From contig PMBR01000131.1 in assembly GCA_003152995.1 (NCBI GenBank), positions 40,865 to 93,333 on the forward strand: 52,469 bases of DNA, in the 5' to 3' direction. Below are positions 50,880-52,469 of this stretch, piece by piece. A program made the position numbers and the translations under genes. Positions within the stretch are counted from its first letter, which is position 1. Each line of letters starts with the position of its first letter. Source of the DNA: Chloroflexota bacterium (GTDB lineage: Bacteria > Chloroflexota > Limnocylindria > Limnocylindrales > CSP1-4). The notes beneath the pieces were generated by a model. It worked only from the letters and a program-made list of their open reading frames with translations, was not told where the DNA came from and did no database searches.

Positions 50880-52414
50880 AGCGGCTGCCCCGCTCTCTCG
50901 ACGACATCGGCGGTCTACGGGTGGCCCGCTGGATACGAGAGTCCACCAAGGGGCAATACGACCGCTTCGGTCCAGCGAGTCAGCGCGAGCAGCAGGATCG
51001 CTTCATCGAACGCTATGGCCTCATCGACACGGGACTGACCTTTCAGGTGGCCCAAAGCGGCACCACGGTCTGGCGCTCGGCGGTGATGACCCAGATGCTC
51101 GCCGAGGCCAAGGCAGGCGCCTTCGATCTCCTCCTGGCGGGCTACTCGGACCGCTGGCAGCGCAACCTGCGCCGAACTCTCGAACTCCTCGAAGACAACC
51201 TCCATCCGGCTGGCGTCGCGCTGGTGATGTGCGACCGGCGGATCATCAGCTCCGATCCCCACGACTGGGACGAACTCGTGGCGGAGTCGGCGGGAGCCGA
51301 GAAGTACAGCCGTCGGCTCTCGGAACGGATCACCGAGGGGTACGCCGCCAAGTTTGCCCAGGAGAACGATCCGGGCGGCCATGCCGGCCTTGGGTTCCGA
51401 CGCTCTCCCGAGCCTCCGAATGTGCTCCAGATCGATCCGGCGACCATCGGCACAGCTGTCAGCCTATTCGAGCGTTATGCCCTGGGCACCCTGAGCGCCC
51501 AGCAGCTCGCCGCCGAGACTGGCCTTGAAGCAACTCGCATCCGCGCCATCCTCATGAACCCGATCTACAACGGCTGGATACGCCGACACCGTGGGCCCAA
51601 CGAGACCCGCCGCCCCGCGCCATGGCGTTCGAACCCACCGGTCTCCGACGAGCTTTGGGCGCGAGTTGAGGATGTCCGGCAGACCAAGTGCCGAGGCAGC
51701 GGTCCGCGCCGCAATGATCGAGTCGATCTGCTCGGTGGCTTGCTCTACTGCGTCTGCGGCAAACCCATCAGGAGCGACGGATGGGCCGCTAACAGACGGT
51801 ATCGCAAGCTCCATACCAAGCCGTGCCAGGAATGGGGTGCCGCAGCTCGAATTCCGGCCGAGGCCTGGGAGGAGCCTATCCTCGCGCAGGTCGGCGGGAT
51901 CACGCTCGACGACGGGGTCATCGCCAGAGTCGTGGCCGCCCTAGGCTCGACGGTCCGTCCCGTCGCCATCGACCGGACTCGGATCGAGCGCCAGATGCGC
52001 GAGCTTGCCCTCGAACACGTCGGAGGCGGGATCAGCGACGAGACGTACCTGGAGCGTCTCAAGCACCTCCGAGCGTCTCTGGCGGAGGCTGAGGAGCACG
52101 CACAGGTCGGAGTCCCGGCCGATCGGGCCGTGGAGTGGCTGCGAGCCCTTGCGGAGACCTGGCAGCAAGCGGACGTCCCAGAAGCAAGGAGCGAACTACT
52201 CCACGCCATCTACGAGCGCATCGTCATAGCTGGGAGGGAATTCGTGTCAGCCCGCCTCACCCCAGCCGCCTACGCCCACGGTCTGGCGCTGGCGCTGCCC
52301 GAAATTGTTGCTAAAGCGCGCCCGACAGGTGTTGGACACGCGTTAGCAACCTGCCGAATTCCGATCAAGGGTCGCGATGAGTGGGTGGCTGCGGCGGAGG
52401 CCAAGTCAGCATGA
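50876..52414 (+). CDS. Large serine recombinase (integrase)
   Basis: WIRESTKGQ catalytic Ser, SDRWQRN, ILMNPIYNG recombinase domain, LLGGLLYCVCG Zn ribbon, coiled coil. Confidence 0.95.
   Translation: MKRLPRSLDDIGGLRVARWIRESTKGQYDRFGPASQREQQDRFIERYGLIDTGLTFQVAQSGTTVWRSAVMTQMLAEAKAGAFDLLLAGYSDRWQRNLRRTLELLEDNLHPAGVALVMCDRRIISSDPHDWDELVAESAGAEKYSRRLSERITEGYAAKFAQENDPGGHAGLGFRRSPEPPNVLQIDPATIGTAVSLFERYALGTLSAQQLAAETGLEATRIRAILMNPIYNGWIRRHRGPNETRRPAPWRSNPPVSDELWARVEDVRQTKCRGSGPRRNDRVDLLGGLLYCVCGKPIRSDGWAANRRYRKLHTKPCQEWGAAARIPAEAWEEPILAQVGGITLDDGVIARVVAALGSTVRPVAIDRTRIERQMRELALEHVGGGISDETYLERLKHLRASLAEAEEHAQVGVPADRAVEWLRALAETWQQADVPEARSELLHAIYERIVIAGREFVSARLTPAAYAHGLALALPEIVAKARPTGVGHALATCRIPIKGRDEWVAAAEAKSA
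52307..52350. other. att-like junction (right), inside the integrase CDS
   Basis: GTTGCTAAAGCGCGCCCGACA-GG-TGTTGGACACGCGTTAGCAAC; 17 of 21 arm positions are Watson-Crick complementary. Confidence 0.8.
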
Positions 52415-52469
52415 CCGCCCTGACCGTCGACCAGGTCCCAATCGACCAGCTTCGTCCGGACCCGGCCAA
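52411..52469 (+). CDS. Start of a second ParB-methyltransferase gene (next element; partial)
   Basis: MTALTVDQVPIDQLRPDPA vs MNALRMLTVEQIPIDQLRPDPAN at 23218. Confidence 0.85.
   Translation, partial: MTALTVDQVPIDQLRPDPA

Larger units (their letters stand above)
23136..52328. mobile_element. ~29.2-kb satellite-like integrative element, middle member of a tandem array
   Basis: Homologous junctions 23063-23285 and 52256-52469; xis, primase/helicase, serine integrase, ParB-MTase, terS-like genes. Confidence 0.85.

Overview
High-GC bacterial window; the secreted-protein repertoire suggests Chloroflexota (possibly Limnocylindria-like), which is an inference. 1-22.5 kb holds surface proteins (Ig-like repeats, GT39, two tandem Tat-exported fibre-like paralogs), NRAMP-type and KimA-type transporters, small stress-type genes and a hybrid sensor kinase. 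23.1-52.3 kb is a ~29.2-kb satellite-like integrative element. Its core is HTH excisionase, primase-polymerase/D5 helicase, putative ori, large serine recombinase, ParB-methyltransferase, a terminase-small-like protein and a tyrosine recombinase; no capsid, tail or conjugation genes were recognised. It is bounded by two 44-bp quasi-palindromic att-like sites. Both lie inside the serine-recombinase reading frame and carry the reverse complement of a tRNA-Arg(CCG)-type 3' end. A collapsed relic of a sister element lies to the left and a third copy starts at the right edge, so this is a tandem array. Cargo includes a type IIG R-M-like enzyme, a DUF5678/aspartyl-protease pair and a 2TM-GAF pair. 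The most unusual cargo is a ~940-nt ORF-poor, densely helical region (candidate large structured ncRNA) next to a tight Ser/Thr kinase + inactive RuvC-fold + degenerate PRTase + small-protein cluster. All calls are by-eye motif recognition; no searches were run.
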